Translations under genes and position numbers: made by a program | Assembly (NCBI GenBank): GCA_024679065.1 | Contig: JAGIQG010000014.1 | Location: forward strand, 21,576,001 to 21,640,000 | Direction: 5' to 3' | DNA from: Sphyrna mokarran | Taxonomy: Eukaryota | Length of the DNA: 64,000 nt | Notes under the pieces: model-generated | What the model saw: the letters and a program-made list of their open reading frames with translations, nothing else | Database searches by the model: none | Told to the model about the DNA's origin: nothing | In this document: in pieces, positions 1-10,697 of the stretch | How the letters are laid out: each line of letters begins with the position of its first letter | How positions within the stretch are numbered: position 1 is the first letter of the stretch

Positions 1-576
1 TTTTGTTTGTAATTTAGTAATGTGGCACTAGGTGGCAAACATCATTTTAATGCTGATTCTATCTAATATAATACGTCAATGAAAAATAAATCACTTGAGG
101 ACAATGATGTTATAAGAATAGCTTATTGAGAGTGAGCATGAAAATCTGCCTTTCTTGAATATTGCATTTTTTATGAATAGTGTTTGATTGCTCTTCGACA
201 ATGTGACATCACATCTGCAGGAACTATCCCTTTTACATTTGTATTTACTATTGAAATAATTTTGTTCTCAGCCTACGTATTGAGCACCAGTTGCTTTGCT
301 GTGCTCTTGCTCTGCATGTAGCCAAAAAAACATGATCACTCCTATTAAGGATAGAGAACAAGTGCTGGCCTTGCTTAGAACAGCTGAAAAAATTATTTAA
401 AAATATGCAACTTCAAGAGTGCTGATTTCTTCAACTGAGTGTTCATTCTTTGCATGAATTTATACATACAAGTTTTTAAGGTAAAATATTGAACCTGTAA
501 TTTCTTCCTTTACATTCTTACCCAAACTCATTTACATTTTAGGTTTCAGTTCTTTACTCCAGAACAGAAAAAAAAG

Positions 577-870
577 TTTGCATTTATATGATGCTTTTCA
601 TTATCTCCTGTCATCCCAAATTGTTTTATGGCCAATTAAGTCCTTTTGGAGTGTCGTCCTAGTTTTATTGTAGAAAACAAAAAGGAGCCAAGTCGTGCAC
701 AGCAAGCTCACAGAAAGAGTAATGTGTTCATGACCAGATAATGTGTTTTAGTGATGTTGGTTGAGGTTAAATATTGTCTGGGACACTTTGTTCTTTTCTA
801 AATGGCACCAGGATATATTTTTCATCCAGCTCAGAGGGAAGATAGGAATTAGCTTGAAACATCTCATGCA
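577..870 (-). mobile_element. DeuSINE-like SINE (SacSINE1/AmnSINE1-related), degenerate
   Basis: Reverse strand reads ...CCTCAACCAACATCACTAAAACACATTATCTGGTCATGAACACATT...GAGCTTGCTGTGCACG...ATATAAATGCAA, matching the Deu-domain and tail as recalled. Confidence 0.7.
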
Positions 871-1318
871 TCAAACAGATTAGACATCAATGATCTCACC
901 AAGTTAGACAAGGTAACAATGGACATTCATACTTTGTGCAGATGCCACTTCACATTTGGTTAATGTGCAACAACAGATGTATGAGTGAACAACTTCGTAT
1001 TATATGAGTCATTCATTGCTTCCCTGGATGTTAGGTTGTGAGTGAAGGAACAATTACAGGGGATTTGAACTAAGAGTCAAAGAGACTGTCACAGACGCAA
1101 ATACCTTACTTTTTCTCCAAAACCCCTCTCATCAAAGCTGAACTCCTTGTGGTTTAAAAACTCACTTATTGCTGTAAAGATAGAGTTCTTAAAGAAAGAT
1201 TCCAAATCAATTTACAGAATTATTTTTCGAGCGAGAATACCCAATACCACTAGTTAGTTTAGAACGTTATTTTTCAGCAGTAAACAAGGATTCGGACAAT
1301 CTGTGAATAATCGCTTAT

Positions 1319-1500
1319 TGTAATAACTCCACGGAGGCAAAAGTCCCATCACCAAGTTACTTTATTTACACCATACATCTGTACACAGCCAACTCTCTAG
1401 TTGGTCACTGCTGAAAGCAGGCTGGGAGTCTGACCCCTGCTTTAAATAAGGAGCAAGCTGGCTCCCTGATTTAACTATCAATTAAGATTCATCAGGTATG
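1319..1500 (-). mobile_element. LTR-like fragment
   Basis: Minus strand has GTAAATAAAG...GGTGATGGGACTTTTGCCTCCGTGGAGTTATTACA, similar to the terminus of the + strand copy at 58432-58482. Confidence 0.5.
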
Positions 1501-1504
1501 TCTT

Positions 1505-2260
1505 TTGACAACCAAATAAACAAAGTCAAATTAACTTAGGGACAAATTAAAAGGGGCAGCTCCCCAAAAGGAAGGGGACGGCCCGAACAAAAAACAAATT
1601 TGAAAAGAAACTTAAAACATCACATTAAAAAATGCTGATCTTGGAGTCTATAACACACCCCAGCCCCTGCAGTGCCCTGTGGGCATGGAAGGCGTCAACT
1701 GCATCGTGGACACCGCATGCTCCCTCTCCAAGGGCACCTGGCTGTGAATGTAGTCGCAGTAGAGGGGCAGAAAGTCAGGATGGATGGCTCCCTCGATCAC
1801 CCGCTGCCCGGGCATATTGACCCCATGTCTCATCAGGCCCAGGAGCAAGTTCACGAGAAGGTCACCTGTACAGGAAACACCTTTGTGCAGTGATAAAGGG
1901 CATGGAGGACATTTCAGCACATGGAGTGGGGCACCTGACTTGTGGGGGGGTGGGGGTGGGGGGGGTGGGGGGGGGTGGTGGTGGTGTGGGGGTGGGTCTA
2001 AGCTTTGCGCCAATGTGGAATTCTGCCCAAGCAGGGGAACACTCGGGCGGGATCCCACCGCACACCTGCAGCACTTTGAGACCGCGTGCACACTCGGGGC
2101 CAAGCATGACCGTCCTTAGTTCTTGGATGGCTTTGGTCGTGCACTAGATAGCCTCCCCCGTGTGCTCAGTCAGCGCGTGGGGGCTCATCCAGTCCATTCC
2201 TCTGCCATCCAGCACGTCCCCAATCTTGGTCACCCCAGTGTCAGTTCATACTCTAGCAAG
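1505..2260 (-). mobile_element. L1/Tx1-clade LINE 3' fragment, degenerate ORF2 C-terminus plus T-rich 3'UTR
   Basis: Minus translation DLLVNLLLGL...IEGAIHPDFLPLYCDYIHSQVPLEREHAVST resembles Tx1-type ORF2 C-termini. It is frameshifted and interrupted by a G-rich tract. Confidence 0.65.
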
Positions 2261-2373
2261 CTAATATTATTAGCCTGGCTGAAGTCATTTTTTGTTATTT
2301 TTTACTTGGCCAAGTTTTAAGACCTGATACTTCATTGAATTTTGTTTCTTTTATGCGTGCATGGGGTGCATAC

Positions 2374-2428
2374 GTGTGTGTGTGTGCGTGCGTGCATGTT
2401 CATGTGCATGCATATGTGTGTATGTGTT
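2374..2428. repeat. Imperfect (TG)n/(TGCG)n microsatellite
   Basis: gtgtgtgtgtgtgcgtgcgtgcatg... seen directly. Confidence 0.8.
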
Positions 2429-2761
2429 GTTTTTGCATTAATCGGTATTACATCTTAAATTTCTTTTGTTAATACTTTACCTGAATGAGCTTTAGTAACA
2501 AAATTGACCCTTCACTTGTTAACTTAAGGAATCAGATTGGCTTATTTATTACATTGAGTGATGCACAGGTAATATATATGTTAAAATTCAACCTTGCTTA
2601 CATTAATGTCTGTATAGCCTGTTGTATGTCTATTGATGTTTATTTATGTCTCCTTTTTACATCCACAGGTGATTCGGTCTGCTTTGTTGGCCAACAAGGG
2701 GCATACACGCAGTAGGTCGTGCGAGGGTTGCTCTTGGATGTTGCTTCGAGAGTTGCCTAGT

Positions 2762-3300
2762 GCTTATGGTATGCTAGCCTTTATAGGAAGGGGTATAGAC
2801 TACAAGAGTGACGTTTAATGTTGCAGTTGTATAGAACATTGGTTAGATCTTATTTGGAATACTGCATCCAGTTCGGTCACTTTACTACCGGAAGGACGTG
2901 GAGATCCTGGAGAGAGTGCAGGAGAGGTTTACCAGGATGCTGCCTGGTATGGAAGGACTGGGTTACGAGGAAAGGTTCGGCAAATTGGGGCTGTTTTCTT
3001 TAGAAAGATGGAGACTGAGAGGAGATCTAATAGAGGTGTCCAAGATTATGAAGGGTATAGATAAACAGTGGTAAGCTTTTTCCAAGGTTGGACTCAAATA
3101 TCACGAAGGGCCACAGGCTTAGCGTGAGAAAGGCAAGGTATAATTTGGATGTTAGAGGGAGGTTGTGGGAGTATGGAACGCACTGCCAAGTAAGATGGTG
3201 GAGGCAGGCATGCTGGAGTTATTTAAGAGATACTTAGATAGGCGCATGAGCGGAATAGGAATGGAGGGATATAGAAGACTGATTTAAGTAGGGATCATGA
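2762..3300 (+). mobile_element. CR1 LINE 3' fragment
   Basis: AYGMLAFIGRGIDYKS, MLQLYRTLVRSYLEYCIQF and RLRGDLIEV motifs with frameshifts, paralleling the long CR1 at 12.6-15.6 kb. Confidence 0.85.
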
Positions 3301-3504
3301 GCCTTGGGACATTCCTGTGAAGTGCATAAGTTGTGCATGTTATTGATGTATTTCTGTTTTATCCTACAGGTACTTTGATCCGCTTTGTTGTCCAACAAGG
3401 GGCATATACATGATGGGTCATGAGGGGGCTGCTCTTGGATTTTTCGAGACTAGCCTAGTGCTTCATGTCGTTAGTGTATGTTTAAACTGGACCAGTTGAT
3501 GGGT

Positions 3505-3812
3505 AACACGACAGCTGAGTGACTATCACTATTGCTGTGCAGATACAGAGATTTGGGCCAGTATCTGTGGGAGTTTGCGATTCTCCCCGTGTTTGTGTGG
3601 GTTTTCTCCGGGTGCTCCGGTTTCCTACCACGCCCCAAAGATGTGGTCTTAGGCTGATTGACGAAACAAATTGTCCCTAAATTGTCTCCCCAATTTGGTT
3701 CCAATGCAGATTTCCATAAGATAGACAAGGGTCATGGGTGGAAGAGGGAATGTTAAAATGGCAGTGCAGGCTCGTTGGGCCAAAGGGCCTCTTTCCCATG
3801 CTGTGTTGTTTT
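3505..3812 (+). mobile_element. V-SINE/HE1-type SINE
   Basis: Core GGAGTTTGCGATTCTCCCCGTGTTTGTGTGGGTTTTCTCCGGGTGCTCCGGTTTCC plus CR1-like tail GGGCCAAAGGGCCT. Confidence 0.8.
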
Positions 3813-5498
3813 TTGATCTTTGGCACACAAATTTGCACCCCCTTTATTGTGGAGTCCACTAGAGGTAGACAAAAATGTCGACGATCAACGTAAAACTTGA
3901 ATAAGGCACTGACTGAGTGTTAAAATGGGTGGCGTGGGCTTGTAGGGCCAAAGGGCCTGTTTCCTGTGCTGTGTTGTTTTCTTATTCTTTGTTCTTGCTA
4001 TAGCTAACCCAGGAATGGGATAGCAATTGGAGTCAGTTCATTCTTCCTAATCTGGTGATAACAAAAAACAAATGTAGCAAATTGGAGGGGGAGGGGGTAA
4101 ATTTAGAAAGATGGCAAGTGGGTTACTGAGACGAAGTGGAAAATTTATTCTCCGGATTGTAGATCAACCACGCATCTTTAAAAAGAAGATTGCAAAGTTG
4201 TCGAGTAAATCCATCCAGCTAAAAAAGAGACTACTTCTCGATTCAGGATGGCATGAATAATTAAAGGTTAGAAATGAACTAAAATTGAAGAAAAGGACAT
4301 GGCAGTGTGTTAAAACTGATGAAAAAGGAGAATATATAAGTAAAGACAAGTAACTAAGTAAAAAGAGGAAAAATTAAGATATATGAAGGGGTCTGTTGAT
4401 TGTTCATTTCCTGAAGTACTTTTTCCAAGCCTAGTAGACCCTTCAGTAAATTTAGACTATTTTACATATTCAGAAACACTCAGACAGTTACTTCCTCATA
4501 CAGGGTATAAATCCAGAGGGCCAGTAACCCTGACACTCCACATAATGTACACATGCAGGGCTCACTGATTGGACAAATCATTGCTGCCTTAATCAGGGAG
4601 CTTGTATTCTAAGAGGTCCACATTGTGAGCCTTGTTATAATCTTTATGTCCCTCCCTCTCTGGGACCAAAGAACATCAGCAGTTGAGAGCCTCTTGAGAT
4701 GTTTAAGCTCTAGGTTTGGTTCCTCAAGCTCTACATCTGATATAGGTGAGATGTAGTGAACTGGTTCTCATCTCTTTTGTCTAGCGCACTTTCTTCAGGT
4801 AGTGAGGGAATAGACCGGGCTACGTCTGCTATGTCCAATAACTGGAACTGGAGAGCAGGAACTGGCGGCTCTTAAAAGAGTTTCCACAGCTTCTGACCAC
4901 CTGAAAGTTTAAATGTCCAGTTATTTCCTTAGGATGGCATCCCCTATGCGGGGGTGGAGGGAGTACATAAAGTGACTTGAAAATAAACATGGGGATTTCA
5001 AAACTCGCACCAGACTGAGAGTGATCTTACAGATTAGCATCCATCTAAGCTGGAATGACAAAGAGTTGAAAACAGTCTTTTGCACATTATTTTGAGACTG
5101 TGTCTCAAAAGCTTCATAACATGACTTACTTCTGTTTGTTTGGGTGCATTTCATGTCTTTGATGTCAGGGAGGGAGGTGCCTGGATAATATATTTATCCA
5201 GAGTTGCCTCCGTACTGAACTCACAGAATTCAACATAGCACAAGCTGTAACTATCCGTGAATCAATTTCTCAAACTGTTGGTTTATTCTCCTTGTCTGGT
5301 AAGTCACTTAATTCCTTCAAACGCAAGTCAATATTTTTTAAATTTAAATTTAATACAACTTGTTTTCTAACCTTACCATGCATATAAACGGTTTCTCGCC
5401 ACTGCTCATGAAGAAAAAACTTGTTTTATTCAGTGATGCTCACAATCAAGGCAGTCACAGAAGTATAAGAAATGGGGCGTGAAGTTTATATAGAGCAA

Positions 5499-6310
5499 TT
5501 TGATTTGATTTGATTTATAATTGTCACATGTATTAATATACAGTGAAAATTATTGTTTCTTATGCGCTGTACAGACAAGATGTGGAAATGCCGGCATTGG
5601 ACTGAGGTAAACACAGTAAGAAGTCTCACATCACCAGGTTAAAGTCCAACCAGTTTATTTGATAGTAAACCCACAAGCTTTCAGAAATGCTGTTCCTTCA
5701 TCACGTGTGTGGGAAGTTCTGATCAGAGAAAGGTATATAAACAGTTCTGTAAACTGTGTGTGCCTTTAAACGCCCTTCTCTGATCAGAACCTTCCACACA
5801 CCATAATGAAGAAACAGTGTTTCCGAAAGCTTGTGGATTTACTATCAAATAAACTGGTTAAACTTTAGCCTGTGTTGTGAGACTTCTTATTATACAGGCA
5901 AAGCATACCGTTCATAAAGAAGGAAATGAGAGAGTGCGGAATGTAGTGTTACAGTCATAGCTAGAGTGTAGAGAAAGATCAACTTAATGCAAGGTAAGTC
6001 CATTTCAAAAGTCTGATAGCAGCAGGGAAGAAGCTGTTCTTGATCAGTTGGTATGTGACATCAGACTTTTATATCTTTTTCCTGACGATGGAAGAGAGAA
6101 TGTCGGGGGTAACTCAGGTCCTTAATTATGCTGGCTAATTTGCCGAGGCAGCGGCAAGTGTAGGCAGAGTCAATGGATAGAAGGCTGGTTTGCATGATGG
6201 ATTGGACATTCACGATCTTTTGTATTCCTTGTGATTTTGGGCAGAGCAGGAGTCATACCAAGCAGTTTTACAACCAGAAAGAATGCTTTCTATGGTGCAC
6301 CTGTAAAAAC
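5499..6310 (-). mobile_element. Rex1/Babar-type LINE 3' end with (ATCAA)n tail, interrupted by a Penelope hairpin element
   Basis: Minus translation FYRCTIESILSGCKTAWYDSCSAQ. The tttgatttgatttgattt run at 5499-5517 is the tail. Confidence 0.7.
5579..5890. mobile_element. Palindromic Penelope pseudo-LTR pair with two degenerate hammerhead motifs
   Basis: 5597-5735 is the reverse complement of 5770-5889. Flanks TGTACAGACAA (5568-5578) and TATACAGGCAA (5891-5901) form an imperfect TSD. Confidence 0.8.
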
Positions 6311-9300
6311 TATAAGAAAACATCTCAAGGTCAGCAATGGGAAATAGGCTATAGATAAACTGGTTTGGTGATGTTGGTTGAGAGATAATTGCTGACCAAG
6401 AGAACATCTTCCCTCTTTAGAATCATCTGAGTGTGGTCAAAACCAGAAAGAGGAGATGGGCAACCAGAATGACCTGTGTCCTCAACACTGCCAATCTGCA
6501 GCACTGCCAATGTGCTGCCCCGACCCATGCCACCATCCCACAGCTGCCAGTTCATACATGATTCAGACTGAACACCAGTTCAGCACTGACAACACGATAC
6601 CCTTTGCTGACCGTACTGCTACAATACGTGCCTTGATGTTTAATTTATTTAATCTGTCAATGCTTGCAGTTAATCACCCCGGATTCTGTGGAATATAGAG
6701 AGTTTCTCAGCATTTCCTTGTTAATTAGGCTTTCTCTCTCACCTCTCAGCTTGAAAACTGTACTGTCACAAGTTGCCTGAAATGTAAGTGGATAATAATG
6801 CAATGTGGGCACAGAGGTTGTGGGACCTCGATAAGTGACGGGACAGATATTGTCTTAACTAACGAAATTTAAATATTGAAAAAGAAATTAATATCAATAG
6901 CAAAAGACAAAGCAGTGAATTTTACAGCCCTTTTCGCTGGTAGGATTTTCCAGTCCAGCTGATGTCAATCCCATGCAACAGGTTCCCATGCAAGGCTGGA
7001 GACTGCAGACATCAGCAGAACTGGAAGACCCCACCACTGACCACTGGTGAGTTGTGTCAGCTGCTGAAAAACACAGGGGTGGGTGGGGCGAAAATCCCAT
7101 CCAAGTGATTTAGAGTCCAGTAGGAACAGAATGAGAAAATAAAAGGGACAGCAAGGTTAGATTAATAGAGAAAGAAAAACGAGATCTAAAAATAAAGTAA
7201 GAACCAGGAATACAGTAATTTGTTGAACCTCAGGATTTGAGAGTGAGCTATTGTTTTTGTGAGGATAAAGGAGGAGTAACTTGTGGTGATTCACAACCCA
7301 CAGAGTGTCTCTTCCTCACCACAGGTTTATATACTTTATGGTTTACATACAAGTACCAGCATGCATATTATAGAGCCGCCCTTGTTTTGCCAGCAAGATC
7401 AGGCCCAATAATTAATAAATGGCCAGTGTAATTATTGATACCACTGTTCAAATTAGAGAGCAAGACTCTTTTAGACTGATTACATCTGTTTTTTTGGGGA
7501 TTTTTTTCAAGCTTGTGTTTAGATGATGTTTGACTAATAAATACTTTGCTTTGGTTAAAAACCAGATATAGGCATTTACAAATCCTTGAATGGACCAGGA
7601 CAAGCTAAGACAAGCAGATTGCATACAGTTTGAGAGAGAGAGTTTCTCCCACTGCAGTGCTACACGAGGTCAGAAACTAGAGTCCAGTGTTTGATGGACA
7701 TGATAGACCTTGTTTCTCATGAAGAATGTAGCGTGGCTCAGTTATTTAAACTGTTTCTTTTATCCTATGTACAATGTGTGTTACAATATATAAAAGGTGG
7801 ATTACTGAGCGGGCACATCACCTGTCTGCTATACACAGTCTTTGACATCTGATTGTTGATGTCTCAAATATATCAGTTGTTTTTCTAGCTGTTCCCAGTG
7901 AGGGGATATTCTGGTTCTGCCGACTATGAACCCTGCTATGGGTTTCCCAATGGTGGAGGATGCAAACAATGGGAAAACTCATTGACAGTTGCCAATGGCA
8001 GGCCACCTCCCAGCGAGAGGGTGGAAAATCCTGCCCATAATCGACATTCATTAGCATCTCTATTGTTTTAACCCATGACACCACAGGCGGGATTTTACGG
8101 CCTCGCTTAAATGAGACCAGAACTTTCCACCCAAGGTCAACAGACATTCCCATTGTCCGCCCCTCGCTCGCCCCAAATTCTCTGGTGGGCAAAGCTGTAG
8201 AATTCCGGTGTACACTTCCCCACAAGTATACTATCTGCTTTTTTGAGAACAGTGTCAACTACATCAAAACTATGTACATCACATTTACTTTCAACTATTT
8301 ACACATGTTTAGGAACACCAATAGGTGAGAAGCCAGAAGTTCATTTTAAGGGATTAGTGACTGGAGGATGAATACATCAAGTTGGATTATTTTCTGGATA
8401 GCTGATCATGTCGCAAGTCATTTGATCACATGACAGTTAAGTGCACATGTCTGATCACATGACACTTGTCCACAATTTGCAAAAGTTGTTTGCATTTACC
8501 TCACAACCCTGCCCTCGCTATGTTTATGTACCTTTGCTTCCTTGTGGGAGGTTTTGATAATTGGGCTGAGAGGCAAATTAAGTAGACAGCCAAATGGAAA
8601 CCACAATCGCTAATTTGCTCCCAGGTTTCTGGTAGTCGTGCCCAAGGGTTACAGTTTCCACTCTGTCAGACTCCTCAACAATTCAGGAGGGTCAGCAACC
8701 CAATGAAGGGGCAACTAACCTGTCAACTGTCTAATATCAAACACAAGCTAGTCATCATGTCAAGAGAGTGAAAAATGGTTTGCATCTTTGGCTCAATGTG
8801 TTGAAGAGAAGATACAAATCTTCTAAAGGAAGGATATTAAAAAAAACAGAATTCCTGTCATTGATGTCATGAGGACAAAAGTGTACAGGAAACTAAGTTG
8901 AAATTTGCTACCAATTGAAATGAAATGCACATTCAATATAATTAGAAAAAATTGAAACTTGAGATTGGTAACCAAAGGAATGCTAGCTAGGAGTATTGTG
9001 ACTGGAGGAGCAGTGATGGAGGAAGGGTGCTTGAGAGGGATGAGGGGTGAATGAGGAGAGGTGATGGGGGGGTAATGTGAAGCAATGATGGGGGAGGAGT
9101 GATGAAGAGGGATCTTGATAAAGGGAATAGGTGATAAGGGAGAGGGGCAACAGAATAGTGCTAGCATTGTAGAAACATTATGCCCTCATAACTAAAGCTA
9201 TGATGGATGGAGGAGTGGTGCATGAGAAAAAGAATTAAGATGAGCTGATTGGAGGCTTGTTGACTGACAAAGTGCTTGTGGAGTGAGACAACTGAGGATG

Positions 9301-10021
9301 TATGATTGGAGACAATTGGTCCCCAGTGGCAGAAACTGTTGACTTAGGGGGTGGTAAAAGCTGGGATTTGTTTAGATCGTTCAAGGCAGTGAATTGCAGC
9401 AGGGAATGGTGAGTGAGTGTTATGGCTTTTTTAACCTCCGGACAGTAACTTATCTTATAAACTGAGGATTCAATGAATGTCAAGTCTTTTAAAACAAAGA
9501 CTGTCATAACGGAGGAAGGATATCAGATAAGGTATATAAATTAGCAGTGGTAGTATTAATTTCATCCATTGATAGGTTAATGGAAGAGTATAAGTGCTTA
9601 AAGTCAGAGCCAGTAGGTGTATTGGGTCCCAGTTGAGATGAAGGTAGATTGCAGCTCACAGAGCTGAACAACCGAGAGAAACTGGGTGTGGGAAAACTGA
9701 GATTACATGCCATGCTGGATCTGAAGAGCGCAGGAACAGCAGTAGGTCATTCAGCCTCTTGTGCCTGTTCTACTATTTAATTAAACAATGGCCTGATCCC
9801 CACTTTGACTCCATTTAAAAGTCTTTGCTCCATTCCTCTTATTATACTTATGAAACAAAAATTGAAATATCTCTGCCTTGAAAGGTTTTATTGTCATCCA
9901 ATATCTATTGCCCTTTGGCAGAGAGAATTCCAGATTCCTACTAACATTCTTGCGAAAAATGCTTCTTGATTTCATTTCTGAATGGCAAATGTTAATTATG
10001 AGATTATGTCTCAATATTAGA

Positions 10022-10350
10022 ACCATAGAGTCTCTATAGTGCAGAAGGCCATTCAGCCATTGAGTCTGCACCGACTCTCTGGAAGACCATATTCAACACC
10101 CTCACCCTACCCCTGTAATCCTGAACATTTAGCATGGCTAATCCACCTAACCTACACATTTTGACACACCAAAGGGTAGCATAGGCAATCCACCTAACTT
10201 GCATATCTTTGGACTATTAGAGGAAACCAGAGCACCCAGAGGAAACCCATGCAGACACAGGAAGAATGTGCAAACTCCACACAGACAGTACCCCAAGGCC
10301 AGACTTGAACCTAGGCCTCTAGCACTGTGAGGCTCCAATACTAACCACTG
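10022..10350 (-). mobile_element. V-SINE/HE1-type SINE
   Basis: GGAAACCAGAGCACCCAGAGGAAACCCATGCAGACACAGGAAGAATGTGCAAACTCCACACAG is the reverse core; a tRNA-like head lies at ~10350. Confidence 0.85.
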
Positions 10351-10650
10351 TTATGAATGAATATTGGCTTGCCACGTATTGAAAATCCAGTGCAGCCTGT
10401 TCCCTTGTCACTTCTAAAAACACATTGCTGCAGAAGCATTTCCTGGACAAACTCTAGTAAAACTGATCCTATACAATTAACTATCGAGACAAATATGGTG
10501 CAGCGTTGAGATTTTAGATGTTTTTCTGTTCTGAGTCCTAGGCTCGGGAAGAGAGAAATGATGAAGAGACTCTGAATAGATCAGGACCTCATTGGAGTGA
10601 ATAAGCAAAGTAAACCAGATATTTGCTAATTTAATAATGGATCAATAATA

Positions 10651-10672
10651 TTCCTGTTAAATTCTCCTACAG
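10651..10672 (+). promoter_or_regulatory. Splice acceptor ahead of the UGT coding exon
   Basis: ttcctgttaaattctcctacAG ends 25 nt upstream of the ATG at 10698, consistent with a non-coding upstream exon. Confidence 0.65.
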
Positions 10673-10697
10673 GACCTATGAGTCATTTCTATTGAAA

